A stretch of DNA of 63,852 bases, filler included, from Candidatus Coatesbacteria bacterium (GTDB taxonomy: Bacteria > JAFGND01), in the NCBI GenBank assembly GCA_016927185.1. It is 4 parts of 4 records of this genome, joined end to end, with 100 filler letters (N's around TTAATTAATTAA, not from the genome) between each part and the next. Parts side by side here need not be neighbours in the genome. Positions count along the whole stretch, not along the records: positions 1 to 16,251 come from JAFGND010000100.1; 3 more parts are not named here. One strand, written 5' to 3'. The position numbers were made by a program, and so were the translations under genes. This document shows positions 1-9,294 of the stretch, one piece after another (the first letter of the stretch is position 1; the number at the start of each line of letters is the position of its first letter). The notes under the pieces are model-generated. The model saw nothing but the letters and a program-made list of their open reading frames with translations. It searched no databases and was not told the origin of the DNA.

Positions 1-954
1 ATATGCTTGTGCACCATCTTTTGTAACGCAATAGAAATAATAGGAAGTATCCCCGAAATATATTCTTCCCTGGGAATCTATTGCTACAGGAACAGTAGGT
101 TGGTTTGTGGTCTCATAAGTCCATAAACTGTCACCATTTGCTGGATTGAATGCATGAATATTATGTTTGTTGGTGCTGTTGTTCCAGGCCGCTGAATACA
201 TCTGGCTATTGGCTTCATCAAGGCATAATCCCCATACATAAGCCCAGCTCATTGTTTTATGCCACAATTCTGTTCCATTCCTGTCCCAGCAATAATAAGT
301 CTTGCTTGAGTAGTTTGTTATATATGAACGAGCTTGTGCATCAACAACAACATCACAATAAGCATATGTTCCTGAATCATATTTGTACCATTTATAACTC
401 GGTTCATTTACCCTGTGAGCATAAAGCCTGCTTCCTGATTGATCAGTAACTACATAAATGGTTGAGCTTCCATCATATCCGGGGCCGTAATTGATTCTTC
501 CGCTAAGCTGGCTTCTCCATTGGAGATTTCCATCAAAGAACAATGAGTACAGGTATCCTCCAGTATCACCAAAATATATCTTGCCATAGTCATCTATGAC
601 AGCAGATTTTCCTATTGGATTCTGTGCCCTGAATCTCCAAACTAATTTACCAGTAGCTGTAAGGCAATAAAGATAGCCTGATGAGGTTCCGAAGAATATT
701 CTCTGATTATGATCCTCAACAGCAGGTCCTGATATTGTGGAACCAGCATTATATGTCCATTGTATTTTGATCCCACTCATACTGGCAGCAATAGCGGTTC
801 TGCTAGTTCTAGCCATGTTGCATCCAAAAGCAGGCCATGCACCTGTATTCTGGGCATCACAATCTCCACCCCTCAATCTTAATGATGTGTCTGCATAAAT
901 AAAACTGATGCTCAAAAACAATATAAGCAGAATAAAAGTCATACATCTAAACAT
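1..954 (-). CDS. Secreted PQQ-like beta-propeller repeat protein (3' end runs off the window)
   Basis: Not in the ORF track. Manual translation is open from ATG 954 (GGAAAGGAG RBS) to base 1: MFRCMTFILLILFLSISFIYA signal peptide, WPAFGCNMARTS, and repeats such as IFFGTSSGYLYCL...LVWRF and IYFGDTGGYLYSL...LQW. Confidence 0.85.
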   Translation of the reverse strand, partial: MFRCMTFILLILFLSISFIYADTSLRLRGGDCDAQNTGAWPAFGCNMARTSRTAIAASMSGIKIQWTYNAGSTISGPAVEDHNQRIFFGTSSGYLYCLTATGKLVWRFRAQNPIGKSAVIDDYGKIYFGDTGGYLYSLFFDGNLQWRSQLSGRINYGPGYDGSSTIYVVTDQSGSRLYAHRVNEPSYKWYKYDSGTYAYCDVVVDAQARSYITNYSSKTYYCWDRNGTELWHKTMSWAYVWGLCLDEANSQMYSAAWNNSTNKHNIHAFNPANGDSLWTYETTNQPTVPVAIDSQGRIYFGDTSYYFYCVTKDGAQAY

Positions 955-1049
955 ACATTTCTCCTTTCCTAAAGATTTGATATCGTAGAAATAAATTGCA
1001 AACATAAATGTCAAGCAAATAATGATATCTGGCAAGAAAAAGATACTTC

Positions 1050-1078
1050 TTGACAAAGGAGACTATACTATATATGCT
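1050..1078 (+). promoter_or_regulatory. Sigma70-type promoter upstream of the AAA ATPase
   Basis: TTGACA-17nt-TATGCT, about 40 nt upstream of the ATG at 1118. Confidence 0.55.
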
Positions 1079-1117
1079 AACTTTTAAAGGATAGGAATTG
1101 AATAAAAAGGATGGTAT

Positions 1118-2860
1118 ATGACTAATTTCAAACTTCCGGAGTTTTCAAAAACAATAATTGAAAAATATAAATCATTCCAGAATAATCAATTTTTGTTATA
1201 TGGAAATATCAATGACATTTATCCTTACGAAGAGGATAATTATCTGCCGTTAAATGAATTTCTGGAAAAAGCATTGATACTTCCTGAATATAAGCAGGTT
1301 AAGAAAATCATCATAAATTATGACCTGGCAAAAGGCCTTGAAATTCCCTATCCAGAAGACAAGGAACTTTTACAAACAGAATTTTCACCTAATCTGCTTG
1401 ACCAGGCTGTAGTAAGAAGCATAAATAATCCATTAATCGCATTGAATTTTCTCGTTGAGGCAACCAAAAGAACATTTTATAGATTTGTTGAAAATGAGAA
1501 TCAGTCAAAAGCAGAGGTTGTCCCTTTGGCGATAATAATTAAATATGCAGATTCATTATTGCCTGAAGGTACATTTGACAGATTATCAGATACTGACAGG
1601 CAGAGAATTACTCTGTTTCTGGAATGGTTCAGCAGCAGAAAATTCTCACACAGTACTAATATAGTATTTCTGATAAGTGAAACGCTTTCATCAGTAAATT
1701 ATAAGATAAGGGATCTGCCTTACCTGGCTCCTATAATGGTCACTAGACCTAATTCAGAGATGCGCGAAAATTTTATAGAAAAAATGCAGAATGAATACAA
1801 TCTGGAATTAAACATGGAAATAAAGCAGGTATCTTTTTTTACTGCAGGCCTTTCTCTGGTGAATATTCAGCAAATATTTAATCAGGCATCATATTCAAAG
1901 ATACCGTTAACAGTAGATTCTATTTTCTCTAAAACCAAGGAAATAATTGAGAAAGAGCTTTCAGGACATGTAGAAATCCAGGATATTGACTATGGATTTG
2001 AAAAGGTTATTGGAGCTACAAAATTGAAAAACAAGCTAATTGAAATAAAAAAGTGCATAGACAGCGGAAACGTAGATCTTATGCCAACTGGTATACTTGT
2101 TCCAGGTCCTAATGGAGTAGGAAAGACTTTCATTTTCAAGGCATTCGCGAAAGAATGTGGCTGGATAACTGTTGTCTTGAAAAATATAAGGGGAGCATAT
2201 GTTGGTGAAACAGAATCAAGATGGGAGATGATAAGGAATGTTCTGGAAAGTATGGGCAAGGTTCTTGTATTTTATGACGAAGCAGACACTCAACTAGGAG
2301 GTAGAGGACCTTATACCCATGATGTGGATAAGAGATTGTTCGGCTCAATCATGTCAATGATGAGTGCGAATAAGAACAGGGGAAGAATTATCTGGATAAT
2401 AATAACTGCAAGACCTGATAAACTGGAACCTGACATAAAAAGATCAGGAAGGGCAGGGGAGCATCTTGCAGTATTTGATCCAGAAGATGATGAAAAAGAT
2501 GATTTCCTGGAATGGATTCTCAAGAAGGTTGGGATAGAATGGAATACTCTCTCTGATGAAGAAAAAAAAGGATTTCTTGAAAAAACTAATTCATACAGTG
2601 CTGCAGATTATGAAGAGTTGCTCCATCACTGTCAGAGAAGAAAATTCATATGTGGCGAATTTGGTCTGGATGAACTTTTCAAGGAAGTCAGTAATTTCAT
2701 CCCAACAGATATTTCTCTTCAAAGGGAGCTTCAGCAGCTGGTTGCTCTTGTAGAATGTACTACTGCAGATCTTATCCCATCCAAATTCAAAGATCTCTCC
2801 AAGGCAGATGCTTTTGAGAGGATAAGGGAGATAAAAAATATACTGAGAGAGGATATATAG
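1118..2860 (+). CDS. AAA+ family ATPase
   Basis: Walker A GPNGVGKT, Walker B VFYDEAD, YVGETE pore loop, RSGR arginine finger; degenerate N-terminal AAA-like region. Confidence 0.85.
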   Translation: MTNFKLPEFSKTIIEKYKSFQNNQFLLYGNINDIYPYEEDNYLPLNEFLEKALILPEYKQVKKIIINYDLAKGLEIPYPEDKELLQTEFSPNLLDQAVVRSINNPLIALNFLVEATKRTFYRFVENENQSKAEVVPLAIIIKYADSLLPEGTFDRLSDTDRQRITLFLEWFSSRKFSHSTNIVFLISETLSSVNYKIRDLPYLAPIMVTRPNSEMRENFIEKMQNEYNLELNMEIKQVSFFTAGLSLVNIQQIFNQASYSKIPLTVDSIFSKTKEIIEKELSGHVEIQDIDYGFEKVIGATKLKNKLIEIKKCIDSGNVDLMPTGILVPGPNGVGKTFIFKAFAKECGWITVVLKNIRGAYVGETESRWEMIRNVLESMGKVLVFYDEADTQLGGRGPYTHDVDKRLFGSIMSMMSANKNRGRIIWIIITARPDKLEPDIKRSGRAGEHLAVFDPEDDEKDDFLEWILKKVGIEWNTLSDEEKKGFLEKTNSYSAADYEELLHHCQRRKFICGEFGLDELFKEVSNFIPTDISLQRELQQLVALVECTTADLIPSKFKDLSKADAFERIREIKNILREDI

Positions 2861-2861
2861 A

Positions 2862-3623
2862 TTGGAAAAAGAGCAATTCGAAGCTTTCGATGAGTTCGAG
2901 GATAATCACTGGTGGTTCAAAGCAAGACGAAAAATCATAACAGATATAATTGATGAAATCACAGAAAGGAATCCTGAGGTTTTCATATTTGAAATTGGAA
3001 TGGGAACAGGTGGAACCCTGAGGGATTTATCCAGATTTTATAAGGTTGCAGGCAGTGATATCTCACCAGATGCAGTTGAGAAAGCGAAAAAGAGAGTTCC
3101 TGAAGCGAAAATAATACTTGGCAGAGCTCCTGATGACATTGTTGAATTCATAGAGAGAACCGATGTATTATTGCTTCTGGATGTACTTGAACATGTTGAA
3201 AAAGACAAGGAATGGTTTGACAGTATTTTTACAAAACTCAAGCAGAATGCTTATTTAATATTAACTGTTCCAGCGAGAAGGGATTTATGGTCTCCGCATG
3301 ATGTGTCAAACAAGCATTACAGAAGATATGAAAAAAAAGAATTCAGGGATCTCTTTAGTAATCTTGATATAGAAGTACTTCTTTTTAGTTTTTTCAACAC
3401 AAAACTGTATCCATTGATAAAACTTATCAGAATTATAACTAATATGAAGGGTTCATCATCAGGACATGGGGGAATGGATTTATTCATGCCACCAGCATTC
3501 CTGAACAATCTCTTTTACAATATTTTCAAAAGCGAAAAAAAGACTCTGTTTGAAGCTATGCTTAATGCACAAAAACCTTACTCTAACGGGACTAGCTTGA
3601 TTGCAGTAATAAAAAAGAAATAA
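2862..3623 (+). CDS. Class I SAM-dependent methyltransferase (cell-surface glycan-associated type)
   Basis: E.NHWWF..R, EIGMGTG, LDVLEHV, LTVPA...WSPHD...HYRRY motifs; TTG start. Confidence 0.8.
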   Translation: MEKEQFEAFDEFEDNHWWFKARRKIITDIIDEITERNPEVFIFEIGMGTGGTLRDLSRFYKVAGSDISPDAVEKAKKRVPEAKIILGRAPDDIVEFIERTDVLLLLDVLEHVEKDKEWFDSIFTKLKQNAYLILTVPARRDLWSPHDVSNKHYRRYEKKEFRDLFSNLDIEVLLFSFFNTKLYPLIKLIRIITNMKGSSSGHGGMDLFMPPAFLNNLFYNIFKSEKKTLFEAMLNAQKPYSNGTSLIAVIKKK

Positions 3624-5357
3624 TTACATCTCTTCTGGTGGATCTATTCCAAGCAGGTTTAAACCCGTTTTCAAGATTTCGGAAACTGCTTTAATCAATT
3701 GCAATCTAGCTGCTGCTAAACCTCTGTCTGCCTTGAGAACAGAACAATTATGATAGAATTTGGAAAAATCTTTTGATAGTTTCAGAAGATATTTGCATAA
3801 TTCATCTATGCAATAGTCATTTGCAACGTGTTCTATAATATCAGGAAATTCCTGTATATCCATAATTACATATTTTTCTTCAGACATTGTGAGAAGATGG
3901 CTGTTATCAAAGTCTGGTTCAATTTCCATTCCTGATTTTTCAGATTTTCTCAGGATGGATTGTATTCTTGCGAATGCATAAAGAATGTAGGGACCAGTGT
4001 CACCTTCGAATGAAAGCCAGTCCTCCATCCTGAATTCTATATTTTTCTTCACATCCTGATCAAGCATACCGAATTTTATGGCAGCAACAATTATTTTTCT
4101 TGATGTTACTTTCTTCTTCTCATCACTCCAGTCTTTCTTTGAATCAAGATAACTTTCGTAAATATATTCATTCATGGATTTCTTAAGATCTGAGAAAAGG
4201 ACTACATTACCTGTTCTGGAACTCATTTTCCCTTCAGGTAATGATACCATCCCGTATGCAAGATGATAGCATTTATCAGCCTGCTTGAATCCCATTTTTT
4301 TCAAGATGGAGAAGATCTGCTTGAAATGAAGTGATTGAGCATCCCCTACAACATATATTGATCTATCAATATGGAATTCTTCGAATTTCCGCTTAGCCAG
4401 GGCAAGATCCTTTGTTGAATAAAGAGTTGTTCCATCGCTTTTCAATACAATTGCCAGGGGTAAATCCTCTAATTCACAAATAACAGCCCCATCAGAATAC
4501 TTGAAAATTCTTTTATTCAGGAATTCTTCAACTATCACTTTTCCAGGTTCCTCTTCCTCGCTTTCATAAAACCAGACATCAAAATGAATATCAAGCCATT
4601 TATAGATACTCTTGAAATACTCAATAGACCATTCCCTGGTCTCATTCCATAAGCATATCCAGTATGGGTCCTTATTTTCAAGAAGCTTCTGAACCTTACT
4701 TACATTGTTCTTTTCGGTGGGATTCTCTTCAAGATACTTTTTCGCTTCTGTATATACTATTCCAAGCCATTCACCTTTTTCAGAGTTATTGGTATTTTCC
4801 ATTTTGCTTTTTTCATAATGCCAGAGACAAGCTGCAATATGAGCTCCACTATCACCAAGATAGTTGGCAGAAATAGTCTCGTAACCTGTATGCCTGAGTA
4901 TCCTAATCAAGGAATCTCCAACAGCCATATTTCTTATATGACCAATGTGTATTCCTTTATGAGTATTTGGCTGAGAGAATTCAACCATTATTTTGTCTTG
5001 CTTCTTTTCAAAAGGTTTTGTCAGTGATCCTTTTTTTGAACAAATCAGAACTGCTTTTGAAAGATTCTTTTCATTCAGGAAAAAATTAAGATAAGGACCA
5101 GTTTGTTCAACTTTCTTAAAGATATCATCCTCAGAGAATATCATTTTCATTGACAATTCATTTGCTATCATCTGGGGAGATTTCTTTAATTCTCTGGCTA
5201 ACAAAAAACAGGAAAATGCCATGTCTCCCATTTCAGGTTTGGGGGGCAGGCTTATCTGTTTATTGATTGTAACTTCTTCAATATCCAGATTGAATATCCA
5301 TTTTATATTATCTTTAAGCAGATTTCTTAAACTCGTATAAATGATGCTTCTCTGCAT
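3624..5357 (-). CDS. argS: Arginine--tRNA ligase
   Basis: PNTHKGIHIGH (HIGH), KMSSR, GDTGPYILYAFARIQSI and a C-terminal PEEM. Confidence 0.97.
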   Translation of the reverse strand: MQRSIIYTSLRNLLKDNIKWIFNLDIEEVTINKQISLPPKPEMGDMAFSCFLLARELKKSPQMIANELSMKMIFSEDDIFKKVEQTGPYLNFFLNEKNLSKAVLICSKKGSLTKPFEKKQDKIMVEFSQPNTHKGIHIGHIRNMAVGDSLIRILRHTGYETISANYLGDSGAHIAACLWHYEKSKMENTNNSEKGEWLGIVYTEAKKYLEENPTEKNNVSKVQKLLENKDPYWICLWNETREWSIEYFKSIYKWLDIHFDVWFYESEEEEPGKVIVEEFLNKRIFKYSDGAVICELEDLPLAIVLKSDGTTLYSTKDLALAKRKFEEFHIDRSIYVVGDAQSLHFKQIFSILKKMGFKQADKCYHLAYGMVSLPEGKMSSRTGNVVLFSDLKKSMNEYIYESYLDSKKDWSDEKKKVTSRKIIVAAIKFGMLDQDVKKNIEFRMEDWLSFEGDTGPYILYAFARIQSILRKSEKSGMEIEPDFDNSHLLTMSEEKYVIMDIQEFPDIIEHVANDYCIDELCKYLLKLSKDFSKFYHNCSVLKADRGLAAARLQLIKAVSEILKTGLNLLGIDPPEEM

Positions 5358-5480
5358 AACCGTCCTTTGTTTAAAGTAAGCTATTTCTATAAAGTGCTTA
5401 GATAACTGAAGTTTATTCTTGACTTAAAATGTCAATAGACGTGTTAATCTATTGCATTTGTTGACGAAAATGGAGACCTA

Positions 5481-6518
5481 ATGAAAAAGGCACTAATTAC
5501 AGGAATAACTGGACAAGATGGATCATATCTGACTGAATTGCTTATAGAGAAAGGTTATGAAGTGCATGGTATAGTGAGAAGGATATCAACCTTCAACACA
5601 AAGAGAATAGACTATCTTTTTCACTCAAGACATTATAACAAGAAATTCTTTACTCATTATGGTGATTTAACTGATCCAAACAGTATTAACAGGCTTGTCC
5701 TTGAAATCAAACCGGATGAGATTTACAATCTGGCTGCACAAAGTCACGTAAAAGTATCCTTTGAAATTCCTAATTATACATCACAAGTTGATGCACTTGG
5801 TTCCTTGTATGTTCTCGAGGCTGTAAGGAATTGTTGCCCTGAATGCAAAGTTTATCAGGCATCAACTTCAGAGATGTTTGGGGGAATAAAAGGGGAAATC
5901 CCGAAAGAAGGTTACGATGAGAATATTCCTTTTCATCCTCGAAGTCCTTATGGAGTATCAAAATTATTCGGATACTGGATAACAAGGAATTACAGGGAAG
6001 CTTATGATATCTTCGGTTCAAATGGAATTCTTTTCAATCACGAAAGTCCGAGAAGGGGAGAGACTTTTGTAACAAGAAAGATAACAAAATGGTGCGGTGA
6101 TTATCTTGCAAATCCTTGGGAAACACCTCCTCTCCAGCTAGGTAACTTGAACGCTTATCGTGACTGGGGACATGCAAAGGACTTTGTAAGAGCTATGTGG
6201 ATGATCCTTCAAGCACCACAAGCTGATGATTGGGTTGTTTCCACTGGAGAAACCTATACAGTAAAGGATTTTGTAGAAAAATGCTTTGATTGGATGGGCA
6301 AGGAAATCCACTGGGAAGGAGAGGGTATTAATGAAGTTGGAATAGTGGATGACAAGAAAGTGGTATCAGTTAATCCAAAATATTTCAGACCGACTGAAGT
6401 TGATTTCCTGCTAGGGAACAGCAGAAAGATAAGGGAAGAACTGGGCTGGAAACCTGAATACTCATTCAAGAATCTTGTTGAAGATATGATGGAAAATGAT
6501 TCAAAAAACAGGGAATAA
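5481..6518 (+). CDS. gmd: GDP-mannose 4,6-dehydratase
   Basis: ALITGITGQDGSYL, YNLAAQSHV, PRSPYGVSK, NHESPRRGETFVTRKI. Confidence 0.97.
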   Translation: MKKALITGITGQDGSYLTELLIEKGYEVHGIVRRISTFNTKRIDYLFHSRHYNKKFFTHYGDLTDPNSINRLVLEIKPDEIYNLAAQSHVKVSFEIPNYTSQVDALGSLYVLEAVRNCCPECKVYQASTSEMFGGIKGEIPKEGYDENIPFHPRSPYGVSKLFGYWITRNYREAYDIFGSNGILFNHESPRRGETFVTRKITKWCGDYLANPWETPPLQLGNLNAYRDWGHAKDFVRAMWMILQAPQADDWVVSTGETYTVKDFVEKCFDWMGKEIHWEGEGINEVGIVDDKKVVSVNPKYFRPTEVDFLLGNSRKIREELGWKPEYSFKNLVEDMMENDSKNRE

Positions 6519-6530
6519 AAAGGAAAGAAA

Positions 6531-7472
6531 ATGGATAAGAAAAGCAGGATACTGATACTAGGGTCAACTGGAATGGTTGGCGGTTCTATTGTAAGACAAT
6601 TGAAAAAGCTGGAATATAGCAATTTGTTGCTACCTGATGAATTTATGCTTGATTTAACGAATCAGGAAAGTGTCATGAGGTATTTTAGGGAAAATGAACC
6701 CGAATATGTCTTTCTTGCAGCGGCAAAGGTGGGAGGAATTTATGCAAACTCCACTCAGCAGGCTGACTTCGGATATATAAACGGGATGATTGAGCTAAAT
6801 ATCATTTATGCAGCTTATAAATTCAAGGTAAAAAAGCTGTTGTTTTTAGGATCAAGCTGTATATATCCTAGAGATTGCCCCCAACCTATAAAAGAGGAAT
6901 ATCTCTTGACTGGTAAACTAGAACAAACTAATGAGATGTATGCACTTGCGAAAATACTTGGCTTGAAATTGTGCGAGGCATATAATCTGCAATACAAAAC
7001 AAATTTCATAAGCTGTATGCCAACTAATTTATATGGAATAAATGATAATTTTGATTTGCAGAATAGTCATGTCCTACCTGCATTGATAAGGAAATTTCAT
7101 GAAGCCAGAGCAGAAAACAAAAGCCAAGTTGAAGTCTGGGGTACCGGAAAACCAAGAAGGGAATTCCTGTTTGTTGATGATCTGGCTGATGCATGTGTAT
7201 TCCTTATGAACAATTATAATTCAAATGATACAATAAATGTTGGCTGCGGATTTGATGTTACAATCAAGGAGCTTGCCGAAACCATAAAGGATATAACAGG
7301 ATTTAGTGGCGATATTCACTGGAATATCGAAAAACCTGATGGAACTCCGAGAAAGATACTTGATGTTTCAAGGATCAATGAAATAGGTTGGAAAGCAAGA
7401 ACCGGTTTAAGAGAAGGTCTTGAAATAACATATAAATGGTTTATTGATAATCAAGATAAGATAAGGAAATAA
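6531..7472 (+). CDS. fcl: GDP-L-fucose synthase
   Basis: GSTGMVG, AAKVGGI, LGSSCIYP, SHVLPALIRKF, VWGTGKPRREF; directly follows gmd. Confidence 0.95.
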   Translation: MDKKSRILILGSTGMVGGSIVRQLKKLEYSNLLLPDEFMLDLTNQESVMRYFRENEPEYVFLAAAKVGGIYANSTQQADFGYINGMIELNIIYAAYKFKVKKLLFLGSSCIYPRDCPQPIKEEYLLTGKLEQTNEMYALAKILGLKLCEAYNLQYKTNFISCMPTNLYGINDNFDLQNSHVLPALIRKFHEARAENKSQVEVWGTGKPRREFLFVDDLADACVFLMNNYNSNDTINVGCGFDVTIKELAETIKDITGFSGDIHWNIEKPDGTPRKILDVSRINEIGWKARTGLREGLEITYKWFIDNQDKIRK

Positions 7473-7482
7473 GGAGGTTTAT

Positions 7483-8205
7483 ATGTATAAAAATGAAAGT
7501 GATTTCTTGAATGCCCTTGAAAGAGGAGACAGAAAAGCATTAAAAGCTTTTTATGACAGATTGTCTTTACAGAATGAAGATTCTGATTTTTATAAAGAGA
7601 TTGATGAAATAGTAACAAGGAAGAACAGGGAGGAATTGACAGAATTCATAAACCGAAAAAGTGGAGTGGATTATAACTCTTTTCTGAAAACCGCTCCTGT
7701 TAATATTCTCTTGATTTTCTTCCTGATGGCAATGCTTTTCTCTGCCTGCAATAAATCTTCCTTCAGTCAGGAATCAGAAACTAAAATTACCCAAACAGAA
7801 AGCAATCTTCTGAATGCTGAAAGCACTGATTATAATGAAGATGAGTCAAGTTCTTCGGATTCTACTGATATAGAAAAACTAAGAGGAAAGGTTTATATTT
7901 ATATTGTGAAAGCTCAGCTTCCAACCGGAGAAAAAAGAAGACTGAAAGCAGTACTGAAAAAAGCATCCAGGCAGACAATAGTTGATAACAAAAGCGACTT
8001 ATCAAAGCTTTTTAAGGAAAATGATCCTGAAAAGATTGCCCAGCTGCTGGAGGAAATGATATTGTTTCAGGCAGCTAATGAAACAAGCCCTATTAATCCC
8101 AATATTCATGTGAAATATAAAGGCGTAGATTTTTCTGAAAATTCTGATAGTCTTAACAAATTACCCAAGCCTGTTCCCGCTTACAAGGGTGTTGACTTTT
8201 CTTGA
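7483..8205 (+). CDS. Lipoprotein-like protein with duplicated C-terminal YKGVDFS motif; putative substrate of the adjacent radical SAM enzymes
   Basis: Strong RBS (AAGGAGG). About 70-aa soluble N-terminus, hydrophobic segment ending LFSAC (Cys89), acidic Ser-rich linker, two YKGVDFS copies at the C-terminus. Confidence 0.7.
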   Translation: MYKNESDFLNALERGDRKALKAFYDRLSLQNEDSDFYKEIDEIVTRKNREELTEFINRKSGVDYNSFLKTAPVNILLIFFLMAMLFSACNKSSFSQESETKITQTESNLLNAESTDYNEDESSSSDSTDIEKLRGKVYIYIVKAQLPTGEKRRLKAVLKKASRQTIVDNKSDLSKLFKENDPEKIAQLLEEMILFQAANETSPINPNIHVKYKGVDFSENSDSLNKLPKPVPAYKGVDFS

Positions 8206-8210
8206 GATAA

Positions 8211-9293
8211 ATGCTTTTCCTGTTAAAGAGAATAAAGAGAATCCCAATCTATTGTGTCTGGGAAATAACAAATGCCTGTAATTTGCGTTGCGTTCATTGT
8301 GAATCATCTTCTGGCAAACCAAGAAAAGATGAATTGACTACTGAAGAAGCTCTTTCTTTATGCAATGATTTGAAGGAAATCGGGACAAGAAAAATCAATT
8401 TATCAGGTGGAGAACCTCTTGTCAGAAAAGACTGGAAAATAATCGCTTCCAGATTGAAAGAACTTGGGCTGGAAGTCAATCTGATAACCAACGGTCTTCT
8501 ATTCAACAAGGAAATTGTGCAATTTTGTCTTGATATCAATATTGACTGGATATCGATAAGCATTGATGGAATGCCTGAAACTCACGATTCAATAAGGCTT
8601 TTCCCAGGGAAAAGAAAGGATATGTCACCTTTCAGAAGTGCTTATCAGGCACTTGTTCTGTCAAAGTCGAGCGGTTTGAAAACGAGCGTTATAACCCATA
8701 TAAATGGCAGGAATTTAAACGAACTTAATGAACTTCATGAATTATTATCTATAATACCAATAGATGGATGGCAGCTGCAGTTAGGAACTCCGCAGGGAAG
8801 AATGAAAAATACAGAGGAGAATTACCTGATATCTCCATCTAAACTTCCTTATATAGCTGAATTCATTATGCATAAGCAGTTAAGGCCTTTCAAGATCGTT
8901 TCAACCGATGATATTGGATATTATACTGAATATGAACCTTATTTAAGAGATTCGGGAAAAGATTATATCCCCTACTGGGTGGGTTGTTATGCTGGAATAC
9001 TTGGAATTGCAATAGAAAGTAATGGGGATGTTAAAGGCTGTCCATCAATGCCTTCCTGGATGAATGAAGGAAATATAAGGAAAAGAAAGTTGAAGGATAT
9101 ATGGGAAGATGATAATCTATTCGCATATAACAGAAAATGGAATGGAAAATACTTGAAGGGATTCTGCAGAAAGTGCGAATTCAGGAGAATCTGCAGAGCT
9201 GGTTGCAAGTCGTTTGCATTGGCATCAACTGGTTCCATCTATGAAAACAAGCACTGTTTGTACAGAGTGCAGGCACTAGGATTGAAGGATTGA
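8211..9293 (+). CDS. Radical SAM/SPASM domain protein (peptide/protein-modifying type)
   Basis: WEITNACNLRCVHC, SGGEPL, DDIGYY; SPASM cysteines CYAG...GDVKGCPS...CRKC...CRAGC...HC. Confidence 0.92.
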   Translation: MLFLLKRIKRIPIYCVWEITNACNLRCVHCESSSGKPRKDELTTEEALSLCNDLKEIGTRKINLSGGEPLVRKDWKIIASRLKELGLEVNLITNGLLFNKEIVQFCLDINIDWISISIDGMPETHDSIRLFPGKRKDMSPFRSAYQALVLSKSSGLKTSVITHINGRNLNELNELHELLSIIPIDGWQLQLGTPQGRMKNTEENYLISPSKLPYIAEFIMHKQLRPFKIVSTDDIGYYTEYEPYLRDSGKDYIPYWVGCYAGILGIAIESNGDVKGCPSMPSWMNEGNIRKRKLKDIWEDDNLFAYNRKWNGKYLKGFCRKCEFRRICRAGCKSFALASTGSIYENKHCLYRVQALGLKD

Positions 9294-9294
9294 A

